A stretch of DNA of 32,118 bases from Malassezia furfur. Its lineage: Eukaryota. How positions within the stretch are numbered: the stretch's first letter is position 1; each line of letters opens with the position of its first letter. Position numbers and translations under genes: made by a program. The stretch lies in the NCBI GenBank assembly GCA_052055015.1, contig JBQJIT010000087.1. One strand, written 5' to 3'. The notes under the pieces were generated by a model. It saw only the letters and a program-made list of their open reading frames with translations. It was not told the DNA's origin and made no database searches. Positions 31,771-32,118 of the stretch are shown here, one piece after another.

Positions 31771-31924
31771 GGCGCTACGCCGAGTATGTACTTCTCCAAA
31801 TAGGGCCAAAATTCGATCGGCTACCTCCGCCCGGCCCTGGGCCTGTCTCCACACAGATCTTCAAGTGCTGGCTTGCCCTCGAGGGCCCATGGCTCGCATC
31901 TCTATATTGCTACGGCGCCGTCAT

Positions 31925-32116
31925 CTAGCGTGCACTGGGCGGACGGTACGCGTTTCCGCTCCGCGGGCGCACCTGCGTGAACCCGTCAGCATCACGCGGC
32001 GGCGCGTTGGCCGACGGCGGCGGGGCATTGCCGCCGCCCTGGCGCATGCGCGAGAAGGCACCCGGCACGTAGCGGCCCGAGCCGCCCATCGACGGCCGGT
32101 CCGAGGACGGCGGCGG
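31925..32116 (-). CDS. 3' end of a gene continuing beyond the window; low-complexity tail reminiscent of fungal eIF3 subunit A
   Basis: Open frame PPPSSDRPSMGGSGRYVPGAFSRMRQGGGNAPPPSANAPPRDADGFTQVRPRSGNAYRPPSAR* (TAG at 31925-31927) with GC3-rich codons. YVPG/YRPP motifs occur in fungal eIF3a tails, but the identity is tentative. Confidence 0.4.
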   Translation of the reverse strand, partial: PPPSSDRPSMGGSGRYVPGAFSRMRQGGGNAPPPSANAPPRDADGFTQVRPRSGNAYRPPSAR

Positions 32117-32118
32117 GG

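Overview
This is gene-dense, GC-rich eukaryotic DNA from a basidiomycete yeast, most consistent with Malassezia (inference from compactness, composition, gene content and tiny introns). It holds 18 protein-coding genes, two of them cut by the window edges, and two identical intron-containing tRNA-Asn(GTT) genes. In order: RPB5 (3' part), tRNA-Asn, MCR1, an ABC-ATPase/MRB1590-like gene, class IV chitin synthase, a CDKN3-like phosphatase, an SLC35F5/YML018C-like transporter, a bromo-BAH (RSC1/2-like) gene, CKA1, WRS1, LSM2, AVL9, ERF4, tRNA-Asn, NOP1, gamma-tubulin, CCH1, BCS1, an SLC41/MgtE-like transporter and the 3' end of a possible eIF3a. The most striking signal is the splicing system. I reconstructed 32 GT-AG introns by hand: 21-36 nt, median 25, with no polypyrimidine tract. 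The shortest ones share an apparent minimum geometry, with the branch A at position 16-17 and 5-7 nt from it to the intron end. Other points of interest are a bacterial-type ABC-ATPase with an RGG leader, a GC trough of several kb around AVL9/ERF4/tRNA, inverted identical tRNA genes, abutting or overlapping convergent stop codons, and ~60-nt divergent gene spacings. I saw no mobile elements, rRNA or CRISPR. All splice sites are sequence-based predictions, not transcript-verified.
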